Assembly (NCBI GenBank): GCA_944392795.1
Contig: CALXXX010000034.1
Span: forward strand, 8,995-72,994
Reading direction: 5' to 3'
Source: an uncultured Alphaproteobacteria bacterium
Lineage (GTDB): Bacteria; Pseudomonadota; Alphaproteobacteria; CAAHEQ01; UBA3637
Length of the DNA stretch: 64,000 bases
Below, piece by piece: positions 40,697-50,819 of this stretch. How positions within the stretch are numbered: position 1 is the stretch's first letter; every line of letters begins with the position of its first letter. The notes below the pieces were generated by a model, which was not told where the DNA came from, did no database searches, and worked only from the letters and a program-made list of their open reading frames with translations. Made by a program: the position numbers and the translations under genes.

Positions 40697-41494
40697 ATGT
40701 CTCCTGAAATAAGTCAAAAAATAAATAAAATTTTATCTCAGAAAAAATCTTATCAAAGTTTTTATGTGCGCCAAGTTGACAAAACGCCTTACCATGAGTG
40801 GTTAAAAAATCACCTTAATCAAATGGGACGAATCACGCCAGAACGCTTAAAAAGAATGGGAGCAGATCCAGAACGTATTGACTTTATTATGAAAGCAGAA
40901 ATTCAAAGTTATAGTGATGCCTTTGACTTGGCCTTGAGTTATAAAGATAAGGATTTGGAAGCTCTTTTTTCTGAAAACTATCTAAAAAGAATTCACTATG
41001 AACTTCAAAAAACATTTTTTGGATACGAAGCTATTTCTTATAGAGAAAGTAGAGCATTTATGCCAGGAGCAGAAATAGTTCCTTGTAATCCTCAACGTAT
41101 TCCTGCCGAAATTGCTCGGCTATTCTACGAAGTGAGCCAAATAGATTCTCCTATTTTGCAAGCGTTAGAATTGCATCATCAAATTGTAGTTACTCAGCCA
41201 TTTTCTGATGCAAATAAAAGAACGGCTCGACTGATGATGAATACTTGTTTAATGAGAGCTGAATTTGCACCTATTATTATTCCTCCAGAGAGTAGAGCTC
41301 CTTATGTTCGTGCAATTGAAAGTTATTATTTAAATAAACAATCAGAAAACTATCATAGCTTTATGCTAAACGAAATGGAGAAAAGCCAAGAAGAGGCTAT
41401 TCGTTTTTTAAAAACTCAGCCTTTAAGGCAAGCATTACATCATTCACAGGTTCCTGTTTGTTCTATCAGACAAGGGAAAGAACGAGAAGATTAA
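40697..41494 (+). CDS. Fic/Doc family protein with degenerate active site
   Basis: QPFSDANKRTAR (His replaced by Gln); TTGACA(40638)-17-TAAAAT(40661). Confidence 0.85.
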   Translation: MSPEISQKINKILSQKKSYQSFYVRQVDKTPYHEWLKNHLNQMGRITPERLKRMGADPERIDFIMKAEIQSYSDAFDLALSYKDKDLEALFSENYLKRIHYELQKTFFGYEAISYRESRAFMPGAEIVPCNPQRIPAEIARLFYEVSQIDSPILQALELHHQIVVTQPFSDANKRTARLMMNTCLMRAEFAPIIIPPESRAPYVRAIESYYLNKQSENYHSFMLNEMEKSQEEAIRFLKTQPLRQALHHSQVPVCSIRQGKERED

Positions 41495-42285
41495 GCTTTT
41501 TGAATAATATCTCCAGGTTTGGGATTGCCGAAATGTTTTGCGGCTGATCCGCCACGAAGGCAAATCTCAGTAAAATGACGGTTATCCCAACCAGAAGAAC
41601 CAGGAGCTACGATTAAACAACCATCTGGAACAGAAAAAATTCCGTCGCCGGTTGCAACTTGATGTGAAATATCTCCGATTTGAATCATTTTAATATCTTG
41701 GATATTTGTCAGATTACATTTAATGTTGCCATATCCGTCAATACTTAAAATAACATTTGTCGGAATTGTCGGAATTTCCGTTACTTCTTCTCCTAACAGT
41801 TCCCAAGTTTCAAGAGGCTTTCCAGCGTGTTGAGCCAGACTTGCAACACAAGGTGGAAAAACGTCTCTGGATCGAAATTGAGAGCCATCACGAGCACATT
41901 TGACTTTGTAAACTTTTGTAATTCCTTTTAAAAAGGAGAAAGTATAGCCTCCAAAAACACCAATAATTCTAACTTTATTTGGTAATTCTGCGACTGCTAA
42001 AAATTCTCCGGCGTTTTGAACGCGCGCTTCCAAAGTATCTTTGCGTGGTGCCGTATTGTGGTAAATAATATGTTGTTCTTTTAACTTTGAGTTAAAAGCT
42101 AACTGAGCAACAACAAAGCCGGTTTCGATTGTGTTAAACGGACAGACAGATAACGTTTTGATTTGAGGAAAAGACATTTGACGCATCATGAACTCCTCAC
42201 ACAAACGACGACAAACTTCTGAAAAAGCCAAATCTTCATGTCCTGTGGATTGTCCATAATCTGCAATAAAGTCAATATAAATCAT
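41491..42285 (-). CDS. SAM hydroxide adenosyltransferase/halogenase (DUF62) family protein
   Basis: ADYG, NTAPR, SQFRSRDVF, IDGYGNIK; start at 42285 after AAGGAG. Confidence 0.75.
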   Translation of the reverse strand: MIYIDFIADYGQSTGHEDLAFSEVCRRLCEEFMMRQMSFPQIKTLSVCPFNTIETGFVVAQLAFNSKLKEQHIIYHNTAPRKDTLEARVQNAGEFLAVAELPNKVRIIGVFGGYTFSFLKGITKVYKVKCARDGSQFRSRDVFPPCVASLAQHAGKPLETWELLGEEVTEIPTIPTNVILSIDGYGNIKCNLTNIQDIKMIQIGDISHQVATGDGIFSVPDGCLIVAPGSSGWDNRHFTEICLRGGSAAKHFGNPKPGDIIQKA

Positions 42286-42421
42286 CTTTTTCTCCTTTTT
42301 TATTAACACGTTTTTTCAGCCTAGCACTTCTTAAAAAAATCGCAAGTCTTTTTAAAAGAAACTTGCAATTGATAAGCCTTTATGGCTATACTATAAGCGT
42401 TAGTACGAAAAAGAGGAAAAA

Positions 42422-44194
42422 ATGTTAGTTTTAGGTGTTGAGAAGTCTTTGAATAAAATGCGTTGGATTTATCGTAATCAAGATGAAAGACTTGTTCAAC
42501 ATATCATTCAAAAATTCGACTTTCCTGAAATTATTGCTCGCGTTCTTGTGGCAAGAAAAGTTGAAGAAGATCTTATTCAAAGTTATTTAGCTCCTACTCT
42601 AAAGGCTAATTTACCAAATCCTTCTATTTTAAAAGATGCAGAAAAAGCAGCTGCACGGATTGCCGATTCTATTGAAAGAGGGGAAAAAATCGGGATTATG
42701 GGGGATTATGATGTGGATGGAGCAACTTCCAGTGCTTTACTTAAGTTATTTTTAAATAGTGTTGGAGTAAAAACGCGCGTTTTTATTCCAGATAGAGATG
42801 ACGGTTATGGACCAAATGCTATTCAAATGAAAAAATTTTATGATGATGGTATTCGGTTAGTTGCAACAGTTGATTGTGGTATGACGGCTTTTGATCCCAT
42901 AGATTATGGAACAAAATTAGGTTTAGACGTTATTATTATTGATCATCATGAGCCGGAAAGAGCATTACCAAATGCTTATGCTGTTGTAAATCCAAAAAGA
43001 TTAGATGAAGACACGCACCATCCTTGTCATTCTATGGCAGCTGTCGGAGTTGTTTTTTTAGTCGTTGTTGCGATTAATAGATTGCTTCGTCAAAGAGGCT
43101 TTTATAAAAGCAGACCAGAGCCTGATTTAAGGGAGTGGCTTGATTTAGTTGCTTTTGGGACCATATGTGATGTTGTTCCTTTACGGGGGGTAAATCGGCT
43201 GTTAGTAAAAGCAGGATTAAAGCAACTAAAAAGTGGTCACAATATAGGTTTAAAAGCTCTCTCTGAAAAAGCTAAAATTTCAGAACAAATCGGCGCCTAT
43301 CATATGGGATATATTTTAGGACCAAGAGTAAATGCAAGCGGTCGAGTAGGGCAATCAGATTTGGGAATGCGATTATTATCTACTTTTGATGAAATAGAGG
43401 CTCAAACAATAGCTGCAGAGTTGGAAGAGCTTAATATTTTGCGTCGAGAAATTGAGGCCGATGTTTTAGAACAGGCTGATGAACAAGCAAAAGAAGCAAT
43501 TTCAGCAGGAAAACCATATTTGCTTGTAAAAGGAAATATGTGGCATCAAGGGGTAGTCGGTATCGTTGCCGGACGATTGAAAGAGCGTTACAATTTACCA
43601 TCGTTTGTTCTCAGTATGGAAGGTGATGATATTAAAGGTTCCAGTCGTTCAATCCCTGGGATTGATTTAGGTGCTTTAGTTATTACAGCTTTGCAGAAAG
43701 GGATACTTTCTCGAGGTGGTGGTCATCCGATGGCAGCCGGTTTTTCTTTAGAAAAAGAAAAATTGCCGGAGTTTGATCATTTTTTAATGACATATATTGC
43801 CCCTAAAATGGCAAACCTTCAAAATGAAACTCAAGATCTGGAAATTGATGGTATTTTAAATTTATCTGGAGTGAATTTAGATTTATTGGAAAAAATAAAT
43901 ATATTGGAACCATTTGGAGAAGGTAATCCTGAACCACGCTTTGTTATTCAAGATGTTTATATTGCAAAAACAATTCTGACGAAAAATGGTCATATTATCT
44001 GTAAGCTTACAGGGAAAAGTGGTGGATATTTAGATGCCGTTTCCTTTCGTTCTGAAAATACACCATTAGGGCAAGCATTATTAAATGGCGGAAAAGAACA
44101 ACGTTATCATATGGCTGGAAATTTGAGAATAGACAGCTGGAATGGGAGAAGTAAAGCTCAGTTGTTGATACAAGATGTGAGTATAGCAGGATGA
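42422..44194 (+). CDS. recJ: ssDNA exonuclease RecJ
   Basis: GDYDVDG, TVDCG, DHH, GPRVNA.GR, GGHPMAAG. Confidence 0.97.
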   Translation: MLVLGVEKSLNKMRWIYRNQDERLVQHIIQKFDFPEIIARVLVARKVEEDLIQSYLAPTLKANLPNPSILKDAEKAAARIADSIERGEKIGIMGDYDVDGATSSALLKLFLNSVGVKTRVFIPDRDDGYGPNAIQMKKFYDDGIRLVATVDCGMTAFDPIDYGTKLGLDVIIIDHHEPERALPNAYAVVNPKRLDEDTHHPCHSMAAVGVVFLVVVAINRLLRQRGFYKSRPEPDLREWLDLVAFGTICDVVPLRGVNRLLVKAGLKQLKSGHNIGLKALSEKAKISEQIGAYHMGYILGPRVNASGRVGQSDLGMRLLSTFDEIEAQTIAAELEELNILRREIEADVLEQADEQAKEAISAGKPYLLVKGNMWHQGVVGIVAGRLKERYNLPSFVLSMEGDDIKGSSRSIPGIDLGALVITALQKGILSRGGGHPMAAGFSLEKEKLPEFDHFLMTYIAPKMANLQNETQDLEIDGILNLSGVNLDLLEKINILEPFGEGNPEPRFVIQDVYIAKTILTKNGHIICKLTGKSGGYLDAVSFRSENTPLGQALLNGGKEQRYHMAGNLRIDSWNGRSKAQLLIQDVSIAG

Positions 44195-44727
44195 TTTATT
44201 TTCAACTTTTTTTGGCTTTTTTTAAAATAGGTTTGTTCACTTTTGGAGGTGGATACGCCATGTTGCCGATGCTTCAAAAAGAACTTGTCTCTCGAGGCTG
44301 GACGACAGATGATGAACTGATGGATTATTATGCAATTGGTCAAGTGACACCAGGAATAATAGCTATTAACGTTTCGACTTTTGTAGGGTATAAAGTAAAA
44401 GGAATTATCGGTGCTTTGTGTACGATGATAGGTATTGTTATGCCATCAATTATTATCATCGGAATTTTAGCAACTGGATTAACATATGTATGGGACAATT
44501 CTTTTGTTCAAAATGCTTTTAAAGGAATACGACTTGTTATTCCTGCTTTGCTTTTGCCAATTATTATTAAAATGTTAAAAAAGAGCCTTGTTGATTTAGG
44601 GGCGGTTTGTATTTTAATTTTAGCCTTTATTTCAAACTTTTATTTTGGGTTATCTCCTATTTTAATTGTTCTTGGCGCAGGTAGTTTAGGGATTTTAGTG
44701 TGCTGGATTAAAAGGAAAAAAGCATGA
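44191..44727 (+). CDS. short-chain chromate transporter subunit
   Basis: FTFGGGYAM, GQVTPG. Confidence 0.9.
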   Translation: MIYFQLFLAFFKIGLFTFGGGYAMLPMLQKELVSRGWTTDDELMDYYAIGQVTPGIIAINVSTFVGYKVKGIIGALCTMIGIVMPSIIIIGILATGLTYVWDNSFVQNAFKGIRLVIPALLLPIIIKMLKKSLVDLGAVCILILAFISNFYFGLSPILIVLGAGSLGILVCWIKRKKA

Positions 44728-45260
44728 TTTATTTGACGCTTTTTTGGGAATTTTTTAAAGTCGGATTGTTTGCTGTAGGGGGAGGTTTAGCAACCATTCC
44801 TTTTCTCTATAATTTATCAGAAAAGTTTAATTGGTTTTCTGTGAGCGAATTAACGAATATGATAGCCATTTCCGAATCGACACCAGGCCCCTTAGGTGTG
44901 AATATGGCGACTTATGCCGGCATACAAACGCTGGGTTTAGGGGGAGGTGTTATCGCGACTTTTGGGTTAGTTATGCCATCTTTATTTATCATTATAGCTA
45001 TTTCTCACTTTTTGAATAAATTTAAGGAAAATCAACTAGTTAAATCAATTTTTTATGGTCTTAGACCAGCCGTTGCTGTGATGATTTGTATTTTTCTTAT
45101 GACCCTTTTGGCCGTCGTTTTCAAAGAAACAAAAGGTTTTTATAATATAACGATAAGTATTATTTTATTCTTATGTTATTTAGTCTTGGTTTTTCGTTTT
45201 AAATGGCATCCTATTTTCTTTATTATCCTTGGAGGTTTTATGGGGATTTTATTAGGATAA
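44724..45260 (+). CDS. short-chain chromate transporter subunit
   Basis: FAVGGG, SESTPGP; paired with upstream gene. Confidence 0.9.
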   Translation: MIYLTLFWEFFKVGLFAVGGGLATIPFLYNLSEKFNWFSVSELTNMIAISESTPGPLGVNMATYAGIQTLGLGGGVIATFGLVMPSLFIIIAISHFLNKFKENQLVKSIFYGLRPAVAVMICIFLMTLLAVVFKETKGFYNITISIILFLCYLVLVFRFKWHPIFFIILGGFMGILLG

Positions 45261-45382
45261 AAAACATATCAAAGGGTAATATAGAATAAGAAGATTTTTT
45301 TTATGAGCTTTTATGAAAAAAGTTCTTGCTTTTTTTGTGAAAGACGTGTATAGATAACCGTGTTTTAAAAAAAGCCATAGAT

Positions 45383-45458
45383 GACCCCATCGTCTAGAGG
45401 CCTAGGACATCGCCCTTTCACGGCGGTAACGAGGGTTCGACTCCCTCTGGGGTCGCCA
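45383..45458 (+). tRNA. tRNA-Glu (TTC)
   Basis: GACCCCA/TGGGGTC acceptor stem, loop CTTTCAC, GGTTCGACTCC, encoded CCA. Confidence 0.97.
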
Positions 45459-45464
45459 ACTATG

Positions 45465-45490
45465 AAAGCTGCATTGCTGCAGCTTTTTTT
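45465..45490 (+). terminator. terminator after tRNA-Glu
   Basis: AAAGCTGCA-TTGC-TGCAGCTTT+T run. Confidence 0.8.
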
Positions 45491-45558
45491 GTTAAATAAT
45501 TAATCCTTCGTTATTTTTAAAGATATCTAAATATTAAAATTTTTTAAATAAAATGCTC

Positions 45559-45589
45559 TTGACTTATAGTTAACTCTAAGGATTATCCT
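45559..45589 (+). promoter_or_regulatory. MerR-type promoter with NmlR/AdhR-like operator
   Basis: TTGACT-19 bp-TATCCT containing dyad CTTATAGTTAACTCTAAG (45563-45580). Confidence 0.8.
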
Positions 45590-45616
45590 GACTTAGAATC
45601 GAAAAAGGAGGAAGCT

Positions 45617-46114
45617 ATGTCTCAAAAAATAATAACTACTTTAGCTATTTGTTTTTCTTTGATAATAACGAATGCATCTTCACTAGGAGCACAAGAAATG
45701 AAAAAAAGTGAAATTGATACAATTTTTGAACAAGGCGAGATCAATCCATATGGGGCGTTTTTTACAGGAACAACTTATTTAACTCGACTAAGTCCTTATG
45801 ATGAAACTTGGCACGCCTCGATTGCCAATGTTACTTTTGAACCAGGAGCAAGAACAAATTGGCATACCCATTCAGGTGGTCAAATCTTACTTGTTTTGAA
45901 TGGAAAGGGCTTTTATCAAGAAAAGGGGAAGCCAGCAAGACTATTAAAAAAAGGAGATGTTGTTCGTATTCCATTGAATGTTGAACACTGGCACGGAGCA
46001 GCACCAGATAGTTGGTTCGTCCATATTTCGTTAGAGACAAATGGAGCAGAAAACAAAACAATTTGGTTAGAACCTGTAGAAGAAGCAGATTATCAAAAAG
46101 CTGTTTTTGAATAA
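45617..46114 (+). CDS. cupin domain protein with signal-like N-terminus
   Basis: VTFEPGARTNWHTH.GGQ.L, HWHGA. Confidence 0.9.
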   Translation: MSQKIITTLAICFSLIITNASSLGAQEMKKSEIDTIFEQGEINPYGAFFTGTTYLTRLSPYDETWHASIANVTFEPGARTNWHTHSGGQILLVLNGKGFYQEKGKPARLLKKGDVVRIPLNVEHWHGAAPDSWFVHISLETNGAENKTIWLEPVEEADYQKAVFE

Positions 46115-46237
46115 AAAATCTGAAGCTGTTTTTATCATTTTTAAACAATCAAGGATTTTCTGAAGGCTTGAAAAAAAGATAAGAATATGATAAAGTTTTT
46201 CTTTAAGTGATTAAATTTTATAAGAAAGTTCGATGAA

Positions 46238-47221
46238 ATGGCATTTTATTCAGATCTTTTAACAGCTAGAGACATACGTTTTCTACAAACAAGTTTTAAA
46301 CCAAAATATGTAAACAGAGAAGATAATTTATTTCCAGCATATGATTTTTACACAAATTTTTTAAAACGGAAATTAGAGCATGCTTTGCTATCTGTTCAGA
46401 TGGCAGAGAAAATTATAAAAAAAGAAGACAGTCTTTCTCTTCGTCAGAAAACAATTCAAAAAGATTATGCTAAAGCTGCTTTATTTATGGATTTGGGGCG
46501 CTCTATTGAGGTAACGCCAATGAATAAAATGCCTTTATTTAAAAATCATGGTTTGGAGAGCGCATTTATTCTTCAACAAGAAAAAACGTCAAAATCTTTA
46601 AATGTTTATATTCCAATTTTATTACATGAATTTCATGATGCCGTTGGTATTTTAGCAAATCCAAACAAATTAAAAACGATTCTTGAGCCTTTAACAATGT
46701 CAAACGGATATGTTTTACAAAATCGAGAAGAAGCAATAAAAAATGCTCAATTTTGGATAGAAAATTTTTATAAAGCAGATTCTTTAGCTCAACAAACAGC
46801 TCTAGAAGGAATTAAAATTTTAAAAGATTCAGACAAATTATCTTTTCTTTTAGAAATTAAAAATCTTTTACCGATTAAAAATTTAAGAGCGGATTTTTCT
46901 TTTTCTTCTGACGCAAAACAGGCTTTGTTGAGTTTTAGAACAGTCAATCCTTCTTTTATTAAAACAATTCCAGATATGTCTCTTTATTATTTATCTTCGT
47001 TTGGAAAGTTTCATTATCGTAGCTCTTTATTATTAGCTTTGGCTGAAAAACTTCATGAAAAAATAGCACAGCATTTCTTAGAATTGACGATAAGAAAGAA
47101 AGGTCATTTATCTCCTTCTTTTTCTCAAGAAATGTTTGAAACCTGTGATATTTATATCAAAAAGTTGCAGCAATCTCGTTTTAATCAGCTGCAAAATTTT
47201 TATGCAGCTCATGTTCGTTAA
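46238..47221 (+). CDS. degenerate HD-domain protein
   Basis: K.EH, AALFMDLGR (HD to MD), NHG, LLH, KDSDKL. Confidence 0.65.
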   Translation: MAFYSDLLTARDIRFLQTSFKPKYVNREDNLFPAYDFYTNFLKRKLEHALLSVQMAEKIIKKEDSLSLRQKTIQKDYAKAALFMDLGRSIEVTPMNKMPLFKNHGLESAFILQQEKTSKSLNVYIPILLHEFHDAVGILANPNKLKTILEPLTMSNGYVLQNREEAIKNAQFWIENFYKADSLAQQTALEGIKILKDSDKLSFLLEIKNLLPIKNLRADFSFSSDAKQALLSFRTVNPSFIKTIPDMSLYYLSSFGKFHYRSSLLLALAEKLHEKIAQHFLELTIRKKGHLSPSFSQEMFETCDIYIKKLQQSRFNQLQNFYAAHVR

Positions 47222-47278
47222 AAAGCTTGATTGACGAAACTTTATTTTTTGTATATCCTTAAACAAAAGGAGATGAAC

Positions 47279-48154
47279 ATGTCTCATATTCATATGCATA
47301 CGGTTGAACCAAAAAGAATTTTTTTGCTTTTAATCGCTTTTTTTGTCAATATTCTATTAAGTCTCTTTGAAATAGGCTTTGGTATTTATGCACAAAGTGT
47401 CGCGTTGATTGCAGATGCATTACATAATACAAGTGACGCTTTTTCTATTTTAATAGCCATCATCGCTTATAAAATTGGAACAAGAAAAGCAAATGAACGT
47501 TTTTCTTATGGATTTAAAAGGGCAGAAACAATAGGGGGATTCGTTAATTTAATTTTGCTTTTTGTTTCTGGTTGTTATCTTTTGTATGAAGGAACGGTTC
47601 GATTGTTTTTTCCTAAAGAAGTAAATGGCTCTGTTATTATTTGGGTTTCTGTTTTAGCTTTGTTAATTGATAGTTTAACTGCAAAGTTGTCTCATCATGA
47701 TGCAAAACATAACATGAATATGAAGATGCTTTTTGTTCATAATTTGGCAGATGCTTTAGGTTCTATTGGCGTTATAATATCAGGTGTATTTGTTCTATTT
47801 TTAAATTGGACATTTGTTGATGGATTAATTGCCTTAGCTATTGCCGTGTATATGCTGTTTCAGGCGCTTTTTTCTTTTCCGGAAATTGTGAGTTTGCTGA
47901 TGAATGCTGCGCCAGAAAACATGAAGGTTTATGATATCAAGCAAACGCTTTGCAAAATAAAAGGTGTGACAGATGTTCATCATATTCATGTTTGGAGAAT
48001 TGATGAAAGTGAAGTCTCTTTAGAGTGCCATATCGTAGGTCAGGATTTGACTTTAATACCAAAAGTAGAAAAAGTTCTAAAAAAACAATTTGGTATTCAT
48101 CATTGCACTATTCAGTTAGAGATGAATAAAAATTGTAAAGCTTGTCATCTTTGA
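47279..48154 (+). CDS. cation diffusion facilitator (CzcD/ZitB-like)
   Basis: ADALHNTSD, HNLADALGS, VHHIHVW, HCTIQLE; start after AAGGAG. Confidence 0.93.
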   Translation: MSHIHMHTVEPKRIFLLLIAFFVNILLSLFEIGFGIYAQSVALIADALHNTSDAFSILIAIIAYKIGTRKANERFSYGFKRAETIGGFVNLILLFVSGCYLLYEGTVRLFFPKEVNGSVIIWVSVLALLIDSLTAKLSHHDAKHNMNMKMLFVHNLADALGSIGVIISGVFVLFLNWTFVDGLIALAIAVYMLFQALFSFPEIVSLLMNAAPENMKVYDIKQTLCKIKGVTDVHHIHVWRIDESEVSLECHIVGQDLTLIPKVEKVLKKQFGIHHCTIQLEMNKNCKACHL

Positions 48155-48975
48155 TATATATTTTGCCGAAATTGTCTCAGGTTGATATATCCTTTATAAA
48201 CTGTTGTAGCTGGTCCAGTCATAAAAATGTGTTTGCTTTTTGGATCCCATTGGATGAAAAGGGATCCACCGAGTAAATCAATTTTAACTTCTGGAAAACA
48301 AATGCCTTTAGATATTGCAGCATAAGCAGTTGCACATGCTCCTGTCCCACAGGCCATTGTTTCTCCGCTTCCACGTTCCCAAACGCGCATTTTTAAGTGA
48401 GATTGATTAATGATTTCAACAAACTCAACATTTGTTCTATTTGGAAAACAAGAGGCTTTTTCAAGTAGTGGACCAGACAGTAGAACATCTTCATCTGTTA
48501 AAGTTGGGACAAAGGTAACAAAATGAGGATTACCCATGGAAATTTGAACTCCTTCAAATTCCTTACCATTAGGAAGCAAAATTGATAATTTTGATGACAC
48601 AATTTTAGGTTCTCCCATATTGACTTTCACTTCTTGGACTTGACCATTCAAAACGGTTAAAAAAAGTTGTTTTATACCGGCTTTTGTTTCTATAGAAAGT
48701 TCGGTTTTTTGCGTCATCTTGTTGTCATAAACATATTTTCCGACACAACGAATGCCATTACCACACATTTCCCCTTCAGAGCCATCAGCATTAAACATCC
48801 TCATTCGAAAGTCAGCTTTGGAGGAGGGAAGAATCAATATAAGACCATCAGCTCCGATTCCTGTATGCCTTGTACTTAAATAATGAGCTAGTAAAGACCA
48901 ATCTTTTTTCTTTTCTTTTAGACCATTTACATAAATATAGTCATTTCCTAGACCGTGCATTTTAGTAAATTCCAT
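48145..48975 (-). CDS. dapF: diaminopimelate epimerase
   Basis: FTKMHGLGND, MCGNGIRC, ERGSGETMACGTGA. Confidence 0.97.
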   Translation of the reverse strand: MEFTKMHGLGNDYIYVNGLKEKKKDWSLLAHYLSTRHTGIGADGLILILPSSKADFRMRMFNADGSEGEMCGNGIRCVGKYVYDNKMTQKTELSIETKAGIKQLFLTVLNGQVQEVKVNMGEPKIVSSKLSILLPNGKEFEGVQISMGNPHFVTFVPTLTDEDVLLSGPLLEKASCFPNRTNVEFVEIINQSHLKMRVWERGSGETMACGTGACATAYAAISKGICFPEVKIDLLGGSLFIQWDPKSKHIFMTGPATTVYKGYINLRQFRQNIYQR

Positions 48976-49104
48976 TTTATTCCTCCTGTTTGAGTAAAAT
49001 ATCATAAAAAAGCCTCTTCGTAAAGTATTAATAAAATCTAAAGAGAAAAGTTGACAAATAAAATAAAGAATGATATGATTTCATTTTACACAAAGGAGAA
49101 AACA

Positions 49105-50142
49105 ATGATTTTTAAAGACTTCTTTTCAGCAAAACCTATAGAGGTTAGTTTGCGAGAAGATGAAGAAGGAAACTTATATTTTACAGATAAAAAAAATCGC
49201 TATGATTTAAGAAAACTACCTAAAAATAAAATTTTTCATGCTCGTGTTTTGAAACTTGAAGGAGTAGATTTTTCGAAACTTGGTGATTTGTCAAATGTTT
49301 TTGCTGATCAGATGTTTTTAAATGGAACAGCTTCTACTTTAGTTAGATTACCAAAAGCGGAAATATTATATTTAATGGGAATACATAATTTAGAACCTCT
49401 TTTACTTCATCTTCCGAAAGAAACAAAGGCTTTAGACATTTTTGACTGTAGTATAGAAGGGAAGTTAAATTTTCCAAAAGAAAATGAAGTTAACTTTTTA
49501 AGTTGGAATCGTGGTTATCTGCCGGATGGTTTTGCTTATTTTTTACCGACAGGATTGAAAGAGCTTGTGATTCGAGATGTTCCATCTTTAAATCTTGCCG
49601 GACTATCTTCAAAAACAAAGTTGACGTCTCTTGTTCTATCTGAAATTGAAGACTTAAAGGGAAATATTGGTGCAAATTTACCTATTTCTCTTTTAGAATT
49701 ATCCATAGGAAATTGTAATAAATTTAAAGACTTGGATGGAATTTCTAAACAATCAAATTTAGAAAAACTTAAAATTATTTTGTGTCCAAATCTCTCAGAG
49801 AACTTGGCGTCTTCTTTTCCTGCTTCTCTCAAGGAGTTAGAAATAATGCAATCTTCTTTTAAAAATTTTAAAGGTATTCACTCGGATGTTTTATTAGATC
49901 GCTTTGTTTTTAACCTTTATTACTCTGAGAATAAGCCAGATAATCTTTTAGATGGCCTTAATCATCAACAATTAAGTCGATTAAACTTTGACTGGGTCCC
50001 ACCGACGTATCGTCCAAATCTAAGAATGTTACGTTGCCGTGCTTATCATCGTCTTAATCAAAGAGAAAGAAAAAAAATTAGTTTTACGCATCCTATTGTA
50101 AGATATTTGGTAAGAAATGTTCGTCATTTTCTTACACGTTAA
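49105..50142 (+). CDS. leucine-rich repeat protein
   Basis: LP.GLKELVI / KLTSLVL / LP.SLLELSI / NLEKLKI / FP.SLKELEI; TTGACA(49051)-17-TATGAT, SD AAGGAG. Confidence 0.8.
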   Translation: MIFKDFFSAKPIEVSLREDEEGNLYFTDKKNRYDLRKLPKNKIFHARVLKLEGVDFSKLGDLSNVFADQMFLNGTASTLVRLPKAEILYLMGIHNLEPLLLHLPKETKALDIFDCSIEGKLNFPKENEVNFLSWNRGYLPDGFAYFLPTGLKELVIRDVPSLNLAGLSSKTKLTSLVLSEIEDLKGNIGANLPISLLELSIGNCNKFKDLDGISKQSNLEKLKIILCPNLSENLASSFPASLKELEIMQSSFKNFKGIHSDVLLDRFVFNLYYSENKPDNLLDGLNHQQLSRLNFDWVPPTYRPNLRMLRCRAYHRLNQRERKKISFTHPIVRYLVRNVRHFLTR

Positions 50143-50683
50143 AAACCGTATGCAGGTGCTTTCTCAGAGAGTTTAAGTATTCTTGAATGTTTGGTTGGTG
50201 AACGACATTATGGCATGAGAAGCTCGGAAGAGCTTTCATTCCAACAAATCTTTGAGTTTCATGAAAAGAGATTAAAATATCGTCAACCGATAATCCTTTA
50301 AAAAATCCCATTGGATTGTTAAAAGCTTCTTTTGGCGCATTCCAAGTTGTGGAAAGCATATATTTTTTATTTATAAGTAGGCCGCCACTTCCGTAATCAT
50401 TTGAGCCTTTAAAGAAAAGACCATGTTGGTAGACTTCTTCCAGATATTGCTTCAATAGAGCCGGAACAGAGAACCAATAAACAGGAGTTTGAAAAATAAT
50501 TATATCTGCCCATTGAAATTTTTGAATTTCTTCTTCTACGTTCCAACCTTTTTGAAGAATAGTCATTTTCAAATCAAACTCATCCTTTAAGCATTCAGCT
50601 ATTTCATTCATGAGTGTTTGATTTAATCTTCCTTCATTATACGGAAATTTTTGATGTCCATTAATAATTAAAGCTTTTTTCAT
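50132..50683 (-). CDS. NAD(P)H quinone oxidoreductase, MdaB-like
   Basis: LIINGH, QTPVYWFSVP..LK, YGSGG, STTWNAP. Confidence 0.9.
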   Translation of the reverse strand: MKKALIINGHQKFPYNEGRLNQTLMNEIAECLKDEFDLKMTILQKGWNVEEEIQKFQWADIIIFQTPVYWFSVPALLKQYLEEVYQHGLFFKGSNDYGSGGLLINKKYMLSTTWNAPKEAFNNPMGFFKGLSVDDILISFHETQRFVGMKALPSFSCHNVVHQPNIQEYLNSLRKHLHTVFNV

Positions 50684-50819
50684 TTTACTTCTCCTTTTTA
50701 TTTTAATTAGATTTTATTTTAAAAAAAATCAAGTTCTAAAGCAAAATTATCAGAAAGATTGACAAAATAAAATTTAAACATTATAATTTGCTTCTTTTAA
50801 AAGTTAAAGGTGAAAGAAA

